A model generated the notes under the pieces. It saw only the letters and a list, made by a program, of their open reading frames with translations, did not search any database and had not been told where the DNA came from. This document shows positions 1 through 10,090 of a DNA stretch of 64,000 bases, one piece after another (within the stretch, counting starts at the first letter, position 1; every line of letters begins with the position of its first letter). The stretch spans positions 19,245-83,244 of the forward strand of contig JBGQEL010000010.1 in the NCBI GenBank assembly GCA_041496385.1, written 5' to 3'. The stretch is from Candidatus Methylomirabilia bacterium (GTDB lineage Bacteria; Methylomirabilota; Methylomirabilia; Rokubacteriales; CSP1-6). Position numbers and translations under genes: made by a program.

Positions 1-624
1 CCCGGCCACCGGCTCGACGATGACCGCCGCGATCTCCGTCCCGCGCTCGCGGAAGACGGCGCGGACGGCCTCGAGGTCGTTGAAGGGCGCCGTCAGCGTG
101 AGCCCGGCCAGGGGCGCCGGGACGCCGGCGCTGTCCGGGATCGAAAAGGTCGCGCCGCCCGAGCCCGCCTTCACGAGCAGGCTGTCGGCGTGGCCGTGGT
201 AGCAGCCGTCGAATTTCAGCAGCAGCGGCCGGCCCGTGGCGCCCCGCGCGACGCGGATCGCGCTCATCGCCGCCTCGGTCCCGGAGCTCACGAGGCGGAC
301 GAGCTCGACCGACGGGTACGCGGCCGTGATCGCCTCGGCCATCTCGACCTCGAGGGGCGTCGGCGCGCCGTAGCTCGTCCCCCGCGCCGCCGCCGCGGTG
401 ATCGCCTCCACGACGCTCTTCGGCGCGTGGCCGAGGATTAGCGGCCCCCACGATCCGAGGAAGTCGACGTACTCGCGCCCGTCGACGTCCCAGATCCGTG
501 CGCCCGCGCCGCGGTCGACGAAGAAGGGCTCGCCGCCGACGCCGCGGAAGGCGCGCACGGGGCTGTTCACCCCTCCCGGGATCACGCTGCACGCGCGCTC
601 CCACAGCCCCTTGGAGTCCGTCAT
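1..624 (-). CDS. hemL: Glutamate-1-semialdehyde 2,1-aminomutase (N-terminal part; runs off window)
   Basis: Manual translation [26 protein letters not shown]...[22 protein letters not shown] overlap with upstream gene. Confidence 0.95.
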   Translation of the reverse strand, partial: MTDSKGLWERACSVIPGGVNSPVRAFRGVGGEPFFVDRGAGARIWDVDGREYVDFLGSWGPLILGHAPKSVVEAITAAAARGTSYGAPTPLEVEMAEAITAAYPSVELVRLVSSGTEAAMSAIRVARGATGRPLLLKFDGCYHGHADSLLVKAGSGGATFSIPDSAGVPAPLAGLTLTAPFNDLEAVRAVFRERGTEIAAVIVEPVAG

Positions 625-1100
625 GTCCGCTCTCTCCTCCCGCCGGCCGTCTCGAGGCCGAGGTCCACCGGCAGAAAATCGCGTCGCGCGCCGTCCCAGC
701 GGAACGCGGCGACCGTCTCCACCCGCCCGCCGGCGACCGACGTCACCACGTAAGTCGCGCCCGGATAGGCGGGCTCGCCGCCGATCAGGGCCTGACGCTT
801 GTCGGTGTCGGAGAAGTAGGCGCCGGCGTCCACGTGGGAGTGGTAGATGACCTCCACCCCGAAGCCCTCCACTTCGAGCCGCGCGATCCGCAGCAGATCG
901 GCGGCGTCGATGTAGTACGCCGTCCGCGCGTCGCGCGGATGCCGGAGGGGATCCCTGGCGTGGAGCTCGTTCTGGGCGTTCTTGCAGCGCACGAGGCGTC
1001 GCTCCGCACCGCGCGCGACGACCACCCCGCACGACTCGTGCGGATACTCCTCGAGCGCCTGACCACGGATCGCCTCCAGCTCCTCCGGTGTCAGGATCAC
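621..1100 (-). CDS. JAB/MPN (Mov34, M67) metallopeptidase, Mec/CysO-cysteine peptidase-like
   Basis: YPHESCG and YHSH...YFSDTD JAMM motif. Confidence 0.9.
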   Translation of the reverse strand: MILTPEELEAIRGQALEEYPHESCGVVVARGAERRLVRCKNAQNELHARDPLRHPRDARTAYYIDAADLLRIARLEVEGFGVEVIYHSHVDAGAYFSDTDKRQALIGGEPAYPGATYVVTSVAGGRVETVAAFRWDGARRDFLPVDLGLETAGGRRERT

Positions 1101-1378
1101 CGGCCGCCGCCCGCCAGGGCGGGAATGATCGCCAGCTCGTCGCCGTCCCGGAGCGGCGTGGAGAGCCCCTGGAGCGCCTCGATCGCCTCGTCGTTCACGT
1201 AGATGTTCACGTGGTGATGGACCTCGCCGCCCTCGTTGCGGACGAGCCCGCGGAGCCCGGTGAACGCGCCCTCGAGCTCGTCGAGGACGCCGCCGACGGT
1301 CGTCGCGGCCGCCTGCACGCGGTCCTTGTTGTTCGTCGCCCTGCGGAACGGCGTCGGGATATAGATGGTCACGGCCAT
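1097..1378 (-). CDS. MoaD/ThiS/CysO-like ubiquitin-fold sulfur carrier
   Basis: [31 protein letters not shown]. Confidence 0.9.
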   Translation of the reverse strand: MAVTIYIPTPFRRATNNKDRVQAAATTVGGVLDELEGAFTGLRGLVRNEGGEVHHHVNIYVNDEAIEALQGLSTPLRDGDELAIIPALAGGGR

Positions 1379-1397
1379 GCCTCGTCTCCTCGGACGC

Positions 1398-2315
1398 TCA
1401 GCCCTGGCTGAGGTAGCGCTCCCCGGTATCGGGCAGCACGGTCACGACGAGCTGCTCGGCCGCGAGCTCGGCGGCGACCGCGCACGCGGCGAACGCCGCG
1501 GCGCCCGCCGAGACGCCGACCAGCAGCCCCTCCTCGCGCGCCAGCCGCCGCGACCACGCGAGCGCGTCCTCGTCGCGGACCTGGATGATGCGATCGATGA
1601 CGTCGCGATTCAAAACGCCTGGGACGAACGACGCGCCGATCCCCTGGATCGCGTGCGGGCGCGCCTTGCCTCCCGACAGCACGGGCGACTTCGCCGGCTC
1701 GACGGCGATCACGCGAACGCCCGGGACCTTCTCCTTCAGCACCTCGCCCACGCCGGTCAGCGTGCCCCCCGTGCCGACGCCCGCCACGAACGCGTCGAGC
1801 CGGCCGCCGACGGCATCGAGAATCTCGAGCGCGGTGGTGCGCCGGTGGGCCTCGGGGTTCGCGGGATTCTGGAACTGCTGCGGCATGAAGTAGTCGGGGT
1901 GCTCGCGCAGGAGCTCCTGCGCCGCGTGAACGGCGCCCGTCATCCCCTCGATCGCGGGCGTCAGGTGGAGCTCGGCGCCGAATCGCGCCAGGAGCCGCTG
2001 GCGCTCCACGCTCATGTCGTCGGGCATCGTGAGAATGAGACGGTAGCCCTTGACCGCGGCCACCATGGCCAGCCCGACGCCGGTGTTGCCGCTCGTGGGC
2101 TCGACGATGGTCGACCCGGCCTTGAGCAGGCCGCGTCCCTCCGCATCGTCCAGCATCGCGACGGCGATCCGGTCCTTGACGCTCCCGCCCGGGTTGACGG
2201 ACTCGAGCTTGGCGACGACACGCGCGCCGTCCGGCCTCGGCAGGCGGTTCAGCCGGACGAGCGGCGTCCGGCCGATCAGCTCGAGCACGCTCGCGGCGAT
2301 CTTCGGCCGGGTCAT
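1398..2315 (-). CDS. cysK: Cysteine synthase A
   Basis: NPGGSVKDR (PLP Lys), [29 protein letters not shown]. Confidence 0.93.
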   Translation of the reverse strand: MTRPKIAASVLELIGRTPLVRLNRLPRPDGARVVAKLESVNPGGSVKDRIAVAMLDDAEGRGLLKAGSTIVEPTSGNTGVGLAMVAAVKGYRLILTMPDDMSVERQRLLARFGAELHLTPAIEGMTGAVHAAQELLREHPDYFMPQQFQNPANPEAHRRTTALEILDAVGGRLDAFVAGVGTGGTLTGVGEVLKEKVPGVRVIAVEPAKSPVLSGGKARPHAIQGIGASFVPGVLNRDVIDRIIQVRDEDALAWSRRLAREEGLLVGVSAGAAAFAACAVAAELAAEQLVVTVLPDTGERYLSQG

Positions 2316-2755
2316 ATGTGGTACATCGGCCGGGCGGCGCTCCGGCGCGCCCGCGCGCGTTCGGCGAGGTCGCCGAAGCTGACCCGGTCCACGACCTCGG
2401 AGACGGCCGTCGAGATCTCGCCCCAGAGCTCGCCCAGGTCGACCGTCTCGCCGCCGTTTCGTCCGCCCGGCCGGCGCTGCGTCTCGATGGGCGACTGGAC
2501 GCCCTCGACCGCCCGGAGAACGTCGCCCACGCTGATCTGCTCGGGCGGGCGCGTCAGGAGGTAGCCGCCGGCCGACCCGCGCTTGGAGCCGAGGATCCCG
2601 GCACGCTTGAGCGAGAGCAGCACCTGCTCGAGGTATCGCTGCGGGATCCTCTGGCGGGCGGCGATGTCCTGGATCGGCACGAGCCCGTGCCCGTCGCCGA
2701 GCGACAGATCCAGCACCGCCAGGATCGCGTACTCCCCTTTGGCCGAGATCCTCAC
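2312..2755 (-). CDS. Rrf2-family regulator (CymR-like, no Cys)
   Basis: [10 protein letters not shown]...[25 protein letters not shown] start overlaps hemB TGA. Confidence 0.88.
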   Translation of the reverse strand: MRISAKGEYAILAVLDLSLGDGHGLVPIQDIAARQRIPQRYLEQVLLSLKRAGILGSKRGSAGGYLLTRPPEQISVGDVLRAVEGVQSPIETQRRPGGRNGGETVDLGELWGEISTAVSEVVDRVSFGDLAERARARRSAARPMYHI

Positions 2756-3741
2756 CGCTCGCCCCGGCCGCTCTCCAGGAGTCGCGCCGCTTCCTTGGCG
2801 AAGTAGGTGATGACGACGTCGGCGCCGGCGCGTCGGATCGCGGTGAGCGCCTCCAGCATCGCGCGCTCTTCGTCGAGCCAGCCGAGCTGACCCGCGGCGC
2901 GGATCATCGCGTACTCGCCCGAGACCGAGTACGCGGCGAGCGGCACGCCGAACTCCGCCTTCGCCCGCGCGATCACGTCCAGGTACGGCAGCGCCGGCTT
3001 GACCATCACGATATCCGCGCCCTCGTCGAGGTCGAGCGCGATCTCGCGCATCGCCTCCAGGCTGTTGGCCGGGTCCATCTGATACGAGCGCCGGTCGCCG
3101 AACTGCGGCGCGGACTCCGCCGCATCCCGGAACGGCCCGTAGAAGCTCGAGGCGTACTTGGCCGAGTAGGCCATGATCGGGGTGTCGCTGAAGCTGGCCT
3201 CGTCGAGCGCCTCGCGGATGGCGCCCACGCGGCCGTCCATCATGTCCGAGGGCGCCACCATGTCGGCGCCCGCCTCGGCGTGGGAGACGGCGACGCGGGC
3301 CAGGAGCTCGATCGTCGGATCGTTCCTGACGCTGCCGCCCTCGACGACCCCGCAGTGGCCATGGCTCGTGTACTGACAGAGGCAGACGTCGGTCACGATG
3401 AGCAGGTCGGGCACGACGTCCTTCACGGCGCGCGACGCCTGCTGCACGATGCCGTCGTCGGCCCACGCCTCCGAGCCGCGCGGGTCCTTCTCGGCCGGCA
3501 GGCCGAAGAGCAGCACGGCGGGTATCCCCAGGCTCGCGACGTCCTTGACGTCCTTGACCAGCTCGTCGATCGAGAGCCGGAACTGCCCCGGCATGGAGCC
3601 GATGGGCTCGCGGACGCCCCGGCCGTGGACGACGAAGAGCGGGTAGATCAGGTCGTCGGCGGCGAGCCGCGTTTCGCGCACGAGCTTTCTCAGGAGCGAC
3701 TTCTCGCGTAGACGCCTCGGACGGAACATCGCATGGGCCAT
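2752..3741 (-). CDS. hemB: Porphobilinogen synthase
   Basis: [38 protein letters not shown]. Confidence 0.97.
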   Translation of the reverse strand: MAHAMFRPRRLREKSLLRKLVRETRLAADDLIYPLFVVHGRGVREPIGSMPGQFRLSIDELVKDVKDVASLGIPAVLLFGLPAEKDPRGSEAWADDGIVQQASRAVKDVVPDLLIVTDVCLCQYTSHGHCGVVEGGSVRNDPTIELLARVAVSHAEAGADMVAPSDMMDGRVGAIREALDEASFSDTPIMAYSAKYASSFYGPFRDAAESAPQFGDRRSYQMDPANSLEAMREIALDLDEGADIVMVKPALPYLDVIARAKAEFGVPLAAYSVSGEYAMIRAAGQLGWLDEERAMLEALTAIRRAGADVVITYFAKEAARLLESGRGER

Positions 3742-4592
3742 CAGTCGCCCCTCCTGCCACGGCGTGCGGGATTTTTCGGCAGCCGGGAGAAATAGTCGGC
3801 GAGCGCCCGCGCCAGCGCGGGGATCGTGTACTCGCTCGGCATCACGTCCGTCGCGAGGCCGTACTCGGCCGCGGTCGCGGCTGTGATCGGTCCGATGGAC
3901 GCGACGGCCACGCGGCCGTGCCAGGCACGGCGCTCTTCCGCACTGAACAGCTCGGCGAAGTTGCGCGCCGTGGACGAGCTCGTGAACGTGACCGCGTCCA
4001 CGGCGCCCTTGGCGAGCGCCTCGCGCACCCGCTCCACGCCGTTCTCGACGCGACGGGTCTGGTAGGCCGGCACCTCGGTCACCGTGGCGCCGAGCCGGCG
4101 AAGCTCCAGGACCAGGACGTCGCGGGTTTCCTTGGCCCGCGGCAGCAAGACCCGGTCGCCGGGCGCGAGCGTCGCCCGCAGCCGCTCGACGAGCGCCTCC
4201 GCCCGATACTCGCGCGGCACCGCCTCGACCCGCACGCCGTGCTCGGCGAGCGCCTCCGCCGTCGCCGGACCGATGGCCGCGACGCGCCGCCGCGCCAGCC
4301 CCGCCCAGCCGAGGCCGCGGGTCGAGAGCCGCTTGTCCACCATGAGCACGCCGTTGACGCTCGTGAAGATCACCCAGGCGAAGGTGTCGAGCGCCGCGAG
4401 CGCCGCGTCGAGCGGCTCCCACGACGGCGGCGGCTCGATCGCGATCGTCGGCGCCTGGACGACCCGCGCGCCGGCGTCCTCCAGGAGCTGCACGAACCGC
4501 TGCGCCTGCGCGGCGGCGCGGGTGACGACGATCGTCCGCCCCGCCAGCGGTCCGGCTCCCGTCGCGCGCGCGGTCCGGGCCATCGAGCTCAC
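3741..4592 (-). CDS. hemD: Uroporphyrinogen-III synthase
   Basis: [28 protein letters not shown]; operon context. Confidence 0.93.
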   Translation of the reverse strand: MSSMARTARATGAGPLAGRTIVVTRAAAQAQRFVQLLEDAGARVVQAPTIAIEPPPSWEPLDAALAALDTFAWVIFTSVNGVLMVDKRLSTRGLGWAGLARRRVAAIGPATAEALAEHGVRVEAVPREYRAEALVERLRATLAPGDRVLLPRAKETRDVLVLELRRLGATVTEVPAYQTRRVENGVERVREALAKGAVDAVTFTSSSTARNFAELFSAEERRAWHGRVAVASIGPITAATAAEYGLATDVMPSEYTIPALARALADYFSRLPKNPARRGRRGD

Positions 4593-5494
4593 ACCCTCAG
4601 CGCCGTCACGGCGGCGGCGCCGCGCTCGAGCAGCGTCTCGGCGAGCCGGCGACCGATCCGCTCGGCGTCCTCCGGGGGACCGCCGTCCTCCGCGCGGAGC
4701 ACCTGCTGCCCGTCCTCACTCGCGACGAGCGCCGTCACCCGGAGGCGCCCGCCCGCGAGGGTGGCGTGGGCCGCCATGGGCGAGTTGCAGGAGGCGCCGA
4801 GCCGCCCGAGGTAGGCCCGCTCGGCGACCGCGCAGACGCGTGTCGGCGCGTCGTCGATCGCGTCGAGCAGCGCCCGCGCGCGGCGGTCCGTCTCCCGCGC
4901 CTCGACGGCGAGGATCCCCTGGCCCACCGCGGGGACGAAGATCTCCGGGTCGAGCGGCCGGACGTGGGCGGGAACGAGACCGAGCCGGACCAGCCCCGCG
5001 GCCGCGAGCACCACGGCGTCGAAGGCGCCCTCCGCCAGCTTCCGGAGCCGCGTGTCCACGTTGCCGCGGATCGGCTCCACCGCCAGGTCGGGCCGCAGCG
5101 CCAGCACGAGCGCCCGGCGGCGCGGGCTCGAGGTGCCCACGACCGCGCCGGCCGGCAGATCGTCGAGGCCGCCGGCCCGGCGCGTCACGAGCACGTCGCC
5201 CGGCGCCTCACGCGGCGGGAACGCCGCGAGCACGAGCCCCGCGGGCGTCGACGCCGGGAGATCTTTCAGGCTGTGCACGGCGCAGTCCAGGCGATCGGCG
5301 AGCAGCGCCTCCTCGATCTCCCGGACGAAGAGTCCCTTGCCGCCGAGCGCCGTCAGGCGGGCGTCCGCCAGCCGATCGCCCTCGGTCCGCATGCTCACGA
5401 TCTCGACGACCTCGCCGCGCCCGCGGAGGCGCTCGGCGACCGCGGCCGCCTGGGCCAGCGCGAGCGCGCTCCCGCGGGTCCCCAGCCGGATCAC
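4589..5494 (-). CDS. hemC: Hydroxymethylbilane synthase
   Basis: [47 protein letters not shown]. Confidence 0.96.
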   Translation of the reverse strand: MIRLGTRGSALALAQAAAVAERLRGRGEVVEIVSMRTEGDRLADARLTALGGKGLFVREIEEALLADRLDCAVHSLKDLPASTPAGLVLAAFPPREAPGDVLVTRRAGGLDDLPAGAVVGTSSPRRRALVLALRPDLAVEPIRGNVDTRLRKLAEGAFDAVVLAAAGLVRLGLVPAHVRPLDPEIFVPAVGQGILAVEARETDRRARALLDAIDDAPTRVCAVAERAYLGRLGASCNSPMAAHATLAGGRLRVTALVASEDGQQVLRAEDGGPPEDAERIGRRLAETLLERGAAAVTALRV

Positions 5495-6762
5495 GACCCG
5501 CGCCTCAGGCCGAAGAGCTCGTGGACGAGCTCCAGCCACGACCGGTGGGCGCCGGCGCGCGAGGACTCGCGGAGCTTCGAGATCGGCGCGTGCAGGATCT
5601 TGTTGACGATGGCCGAGGAGAGGGCGTCGATCGCCTGGCGCGTCTCCATAGACGCATCGGGGAGCCGCGCCAGCGTCTTCCGGACCTCGCCCGCGCGGAT
5701 CTCCTCGAGCCGTTCGCGCAGCGACACGATCGTCGGAATCACCTCGACGTCGCGCAACCGGAGGAGGAACTTCGCCGTCTCGCGCTCGACGAGCCCCTCG
5801 GCCCGCTGCGCCTCGCGCAGGCGCTCGCGGATGTTCGCATCCACGACCTGCTTGAGGTCGTCGATGTCGTAGCGGTAGACGTCCCCCAGGCCGTCCACAC
5901 CCTCCTCGACGTCGCGCGGGACCGCGATGTCGATGAAGAAGAGCGGCCGCGCGCGCCGGCCGTGCGTCACGCGCTGGACGGCCGCGCGCGTGATCACGGG
6001 TTCGGGCGCCCCGGTGGACGTGATGACGATGTCCACGCCGCCGAGCGCGGTCTCGAGCTCGTCCCACGGCACCGCGGTGCCGGACAGGGCGCGCGCCATC
6101 TCCTGCGCACGGGCCCAGGTGCGGTTGACGACGTAGACGGGGAACGCGCCCTGCTCGACGAGGTGGCGCGCCGCGAGCTCGCCCATCTTGCCCGCGCCGA
6201 CCAGCAGCACGGCCTTGCCCGCGAGCCCGGCGAAGATCTTCTTCGCGAGCTCGACGGCGGCGAACGACACCGACACCGCGTGCCGGGCGATCTCGGTCTC
6301 GGTGCGCACCTTCTTCGCGACGGCGAAGGCCTGGGTGAACAGCGTGTGGAGGCTCGGGCCGATCGTCTCGCAGGCCTGCGCGAGGGCGAACGCATCCTTC
6401 ACCTGCCCCAGGATCTGCGGCTCGCCGATCATCATCGAGTCGAGGCTCGCCGTGACGCGGAAGGCATGGCGGATGGCCTCCGTCTCGACGTGCGTGTAGA
6501 GCAGCGGCTCGACGAGGCCCAGGCTCACGCCGCGGTGCTGGCAGAGGTGGCGGAACGCCGCGGTCCGCGCCTCGCCCGGGACCGGCGCGACGCCGTACAC
6601 CTCGACGCGGTTGCACGTGGAGAGGATGAGCGCCTCGCCGACGGCGCCGGTGGCGGCGACGTCGCGCAGGAGCTCGCGCAGCTTGTCCTCGTCCACCGCG
6701 AGCCGCTCGCGCAGCTCGATCGGCGCGTTCTTGTGCGAGAGGCCCGCGACGAAGAGCGGCAT
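5491..6762 (-). CDS. hemA: Glutamyl-tRNA reductase
   Basis: LSTCNRVEVY, SLDSMMIGEPQILGQVK, GAGKMG, DIAVPRD. Confidence 0.97.
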   Translation of the reverse strand: MPLFVAGLSHKNAPIELRERLAVDEDKLRELLRDVAATGAVGEALILSTCNRVEVYGVAPVPGEARTAAFRHLCQHRGVSLGLVEPLLYTHVETEAIRHAFRVTASLDSMMIGEPQILGQVKDAFALAQACETIGPSLHTLFTQAFAVAKKVRTETEIARHAVSVSFAAVELAKKIFAGLAGKAVLLVGAGKMGELAARHLVEQGAFPVYVVNRTWARAQEMARALSGTAVPWDELETALGGVDIVITSTGAPEPVITRAAVQRVTHGRRARPLFFIDIAVPRDVEEGVDGLGDVYRYDIDDLKQVVDANIRERLREAQRAEGLVERETAKFLLRLRDVEVIPTIVSLRERLEEIRAGEVRKTLARLPDASMETRQAIDALSSAIVNKILHAPISKLRESSRAGAHRSWLELVHELFGLRRGS

Positions 6763-7568
6763 CAGCCGCCGTGCCTCCCCGGGAGGAACAGCCCGGCCCC
6801 CAGCGTGAGCAGGAGCGCGGCGAACCCGGCGATCGCGCAGTAGGCGGCCCGGCGCCCACGCCAGCCCGCGGCCGCGCGGCCCGCGAGGGTCGCCGCGTAA
6901 ATCGCCCAGGCGACGAACGAGAGCACCGCGAGCGGGTCGAAGGTGAAGACGCTTCCCCAGGCGCGACCGGCCCAGAGGAGGCCGAGCAGGATGCCCGTCG
7001 TCAGGAACGGGAAGCCCAGCGCGAGCGTGCGGTAGGTCAGCCGGTCGAGCGTTTCGAGCGCCGGCAACCGGTAGTACAGGTTGCCCGGGCGCTTGGCGCG
7101 GACCTGGCGCTCCTGCAGGAGATACATCACGGCGCCGGCGAAGTTGAGGACGAACGCCGCGATGCCGACGAGCGCCAGGCCGATGTGCACCCAGAGCCAC
7201 GCGCCCGAGAGCGCGGGCTCGAGGCCGGGCAGCACGCGCGAGCTCGCCGACTTCACGCTGAACATGAGGACGACGGGCAGCACGAAGGCGCCGAGCACCT
7301 TGACGCCGTACTGCCGCTCGGCCCAGAGCGCCAGCAGCACGATCACCCAGACCGCGACGGACACGGCTTCCGGCAGGGTCCCGAGCGGGGGACGGCCGAG
7401 CTCGAGGCCGCGCGCCAGTAGCGCGATCGTGTGCAGGACCCAGCCCGCGACGGTAGCGAGCGAGGCGACGCGGTGGATCCACTCCTCGCGCTGGACGAGG
7501 TACGCGAGCGACAGACCCGTCGCCACGACGTACGCGATGATCGCGAGGTTCAAGAGAGTCGGGTGCAT
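6762..7568 (-). CDS. ccsA: Cytochrome c assembly protein (CcsA/HemX-like)
   Basis: Multi-TM protein; WLWVH, YLLQER, LPALETLD, GxxWA..AWG...FDP; upstream of hemA. Confidence 0.85.
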   Translation of the reverse strand: MHPTLLNLAIIAYVVATGLSLAYLVQREEWIHRVASLATVAGWVLHTIALLARGLELGRPPLGTLPEAVSVAVWVIVLLALWAERQYGVKVLGAFVLPVVLMFSVKSASSRVLPGLEPALSGAWLWVHIGLALVGIAAFVLNFAGAVMYLLQERQVRAKRPGNLYYRLPALETLDRLTYRTLALGFPFLTTGILLGLLWAGRAWGSVFTFDPLAVLSFVAWAIYAATLAGRAAAGWRGRRAAYCAIAGFAALLLTLGAGLFLPGRHGG

Positions 7569-7640
7569 GGCGAAGAAAAAGTTAAGTTCAGCGAGAGTTT
7601 ACCACATTCCCGATGAGGATTACCCCGGCCGACGCCGGGC

Positions 7641-8495
7641 TCAGGCGAGCATGAGGAGCGTCGGAAGAGGACGCCAGTAGCCCGCGCGTCGCGCGATCAG
7701 GTCGAGGTGTGGAGAGCCCCAGTCCTCGACGAGCGCTGACTGGGCGTTCCAGCGCACCCGCCGGTCGAGCTCCTTGAGGTAGCCCTGACACTCCCGGCAC
7801 GCGTGGATCACGTAGCCCTGGTCGCGTTCCTCGGCCTCGAGCCGGACGAGGTCCTGGCTCCGCTCGTTGCCGCAGAACGGGCAGCGGACGCGCTCGAAAG
7901 TCCAGCCGCCGCCGCAGAGGTGGCAGGCCAGACGCCGATGACCGGTCTCGAGCACGTCCGAGAAGCCCGCCGGCCCTCCGCAGAACGGGCACACGCCGAG
8001 TTTCCACACGTGCTCGTCGAGGTGCGCCCGGCAGCCGGCGAAGTAGTGCTCCAGGGGTGGCCGCAGGCATCCGGAGGCGAGGAACGCGACGATCTCCGCC
8101 GGCAGGCCCGAAGCCTCCTCGATCGCCGTCGAGCCCATACGGCCGCGCGCGGGGAAGAGCCCCGCGGGCACGATGACACCGCGGTCCCACGCCTCGGCGA
8201 ACTCCCGGAGCTGTCGGGCCGCGGTCTCCCTGACCTCGGCGACGCGCTCCATCACGACGGCCAGCAGGTCTTCGAGCTCGTCGGCTGGAATCGAGGGCGG
8301 CGCCTCGGCGAGCAGGGGGACACCGCGTTCCCACCGCCGGCGGCACTCGTCAGGGCCCCAGGACAGGGGCGTCAGATGCGCGGGGGACCACTGTCCCCAC
8401 GCGTCGAGGATGTCCTCGTAGACGGCGAGGGCGCCCCGGAATTCGGGGCGCCGGGACAGGAGGTCCGCCCACTCCTCCTTGAGACTCGCGATCAG
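7641..8495 (-). CDS. fdhE: Formate dehydrogenase accessory protein FdhE (probable CTG start)
   Basis: CPFCG, CHLC, CPFCG, CREC motifs; frame open with GC-rich third positions up to a CTG overlapping the NrfD TGA. Confidence 0.88.
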   Translation of the reverse strand: MIASLKEEWADLLSRRPEFRGALAVYEDILDAWGQWSPAHLTPLSWGPDECRRRWERGVPLLAEAPPSIPADELEDLLAVVMERVAEVRETAARQLREFAEAWDRGVIVPAGLFPARGRMGSTAIEEASGLPAEIVAFLASGCLRPPLEHYFAGCRAHLDEHVWKLGVCPFCGGPAGFSDVLETGHRRLACHLCGGGWTFERVRCPFCGNERSQDLVRLEAEERDQGYVIHACRECQGYLKELDRRVRWNAQSALVEDWGSPHLDLIARRAGYWRPLPTLLMLA

Positions 8496-9316
8496 GACTG
8501 GATGGACATCAGCACCACGTAACGGAGCACGAAGCCGCCCGCGAGCACGAGGACCGCGGACAGCGCCGCCAGGGTCTTGACGCGGTGACCGACGAAGTCG
8601 AGCAACAACGGAACGACCAGGCCGACACCGACCAGGCCGCCCCAGAAGAGCGGGGCAAAGTGACCGCTCGTGAGCGGCTGCGCGGCCGAGCCGAGGAGTC
8701 CGAGAAAGATCGCGAGCACGACCAGCTCGAAGATCATCGAGTAGCGGTCGGCCTTCTTCACCTTGCCCCAGCCCTCACCCGCCGAGGCCCCGGTGAGGAA
8801 CATGATGAGCGAGATCGCGGCCATGCCCGTCGAGGCTCCCGACGCGAGGAAGAGCGCGCCCATGAGACGCGCCTCGCTCCAGAACGGCTGGGCGCTGCTC
8901 GAGAGCAGGACGCCCGTGTAACTCGCGAGGAAGAAGCCGAAGAAGATGCCGACGAGTCCTAGTTTCCGCCGCAGCGCGGCCGCCGTCTCCGACGCCGAGA
9001 AGCTCAGCACCGACGAGGCGAACGAGAAGGCCCCGAAGACGCCGACAGCCCAGGCGCCGATGGACATCGGGTCCCAGAACTTGAAGACCCTGAGCATGTT
9101 GAGGAAGCGCGTGGGCACCCCGAGGTCGGCGATCAGCAATATGCCGCAGGCCATGACGAGCGGCAGTGACAGCAGGTAGCCGACCTTGGCGACGGCGCGG
9201 TCGCGCGGGCCGCCGAAGTTGTCCGCGATCGCCGCCGTGAAGTACGCCCCCCCGGCGATGCCGCCCAGAAAGAAGTACCAGACGATCATCATCTCCCAGC
9301 CGGGTGTCTTAAGCAC
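8492..9316 (-). CDS. NrfD/PsrC-family membrane anchor
   Basis: W..IVWYFFLGGIAGG, LIADLG.P.RF, PMSIGAW, SYTGVLL. Confidence 0.92.
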   Translation of the reverse strand: MLKTPGWEMMIVWYFFLGGIAGGAYFTAAIADNFGGPRDRAVAKVGYLLSLPLVMACGILLIADLGVPTRFLNMLRVFKFWDPMSIGAWAVGVFGAFSFASSVLSFSASETAAALRRKLGLVGIFFGFFLASYTGVLLSSSAQPFWSEARLMGALFLASGASTGMAAISLIMFLTGASAGEGWGKVKKADRYSMIFELVVLAIFLGLLGSAAQPLTSGHFAPLFWGGLVGVGLVVPLLLDFVGHRVKTLAALSAVLVLAGGFVLRYVVLMSIQS

Positions 9317-10088
9317 CGTCGTCGCCCCCCTTGCCCCGATCGCGGAACGCGAGGAGCGCCCCCAGCCCGACGATCAGCGCCGAGCCGATCGACAGGAGCG
9401 AGTCGACCACGACGTTGCGCTGCGGGAGCTTCGGATTCTCAGGCAGGTTGTAGGTCGACGGCTTGGAGAGCAGCAGGAAGAAGGCGTTCAGCCCGCCGAG
9501 GAAGCCCTTGGTGTCGGCGCCGTAGAGCTGCGCCTCCTTGAATCCCATGGCCTTCAGCTTCTCGACGCGCTTCTGCGCCTTCGCCACCAGGTCGTCGCGG
9601 AAGCCGAACTGGATCGACTCGGTCGGGCACGCCTTGGCGCAGGCCGGCCCGAGCCCGTTGTGGATGCGGTCGTTGCAGAAGGTGCACTTCTTCGCGGTGC
9701 CGGTGGCCTCGTTGAACGCGACGACGCCGAACGGACAGGAGGAGACGCAGTAACGACAGCCGTTGCAGACGTCCTGGTTGATGTTGACCGTGCCGAATTC
9801 GGTCCGGTAGATGGCGCCGGTCGGGCACGCCTCGAGACAGCCCGCGTCCGCGCAGTGCTTGCAGACGTCGGACATCAGCAGCCACGCCATGTCCCCGGTC
9901 GGCTTCGGCTCCTCGATGAAGCGCACGAGCCGGAAGGTCTGATCCGTGAAGTGCGCGTGGTTCTGATAGGTACCGGTCCACTCCGGCACCTCCATGCCGA
10001 GCTCGTTCCACTGCTTGCACGCCACCTGGCACGCGCGACAGCCGATGCAGAGGGAGGTGTCCGTGAACATCGCCAGCGTGCGGGCCAT
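9309..10088 (-). CDS. fdnH: Formate dehydrogenase beta (4x[4Fe-4S]) subunit with C-terminal TM
   Basis: CIGCRACQVACKQWN, CKHC...C...CP, CNGCRYC..SCPF, KCTFC. Confidence 0.9.
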   Translation of the reverse strand: MARTLAMFTDTSLCIGCRACQVACKQWNELGMEVPEWTGTYQNHAHFTDQTFRLVRFIEEPKPTGDMAWLLMSDVCKHCADAGCLEACPTGAIYRTEFGTVNINQDVCNGCRYCVSSCPFGVVAFNEATGTAKKCTFCNDRIHNGLGPACAKACPTESIQFGFRDDLVAKAQKRVEKLKAMGFKEAQLYGADTKGFLGGLNAFFLLLSKPSTYNLPENPKLPQRNVVVDSLLSIGSALIVGLGALLAFRDRGKGGDDGA

Positions 10089-10090
10089 GG

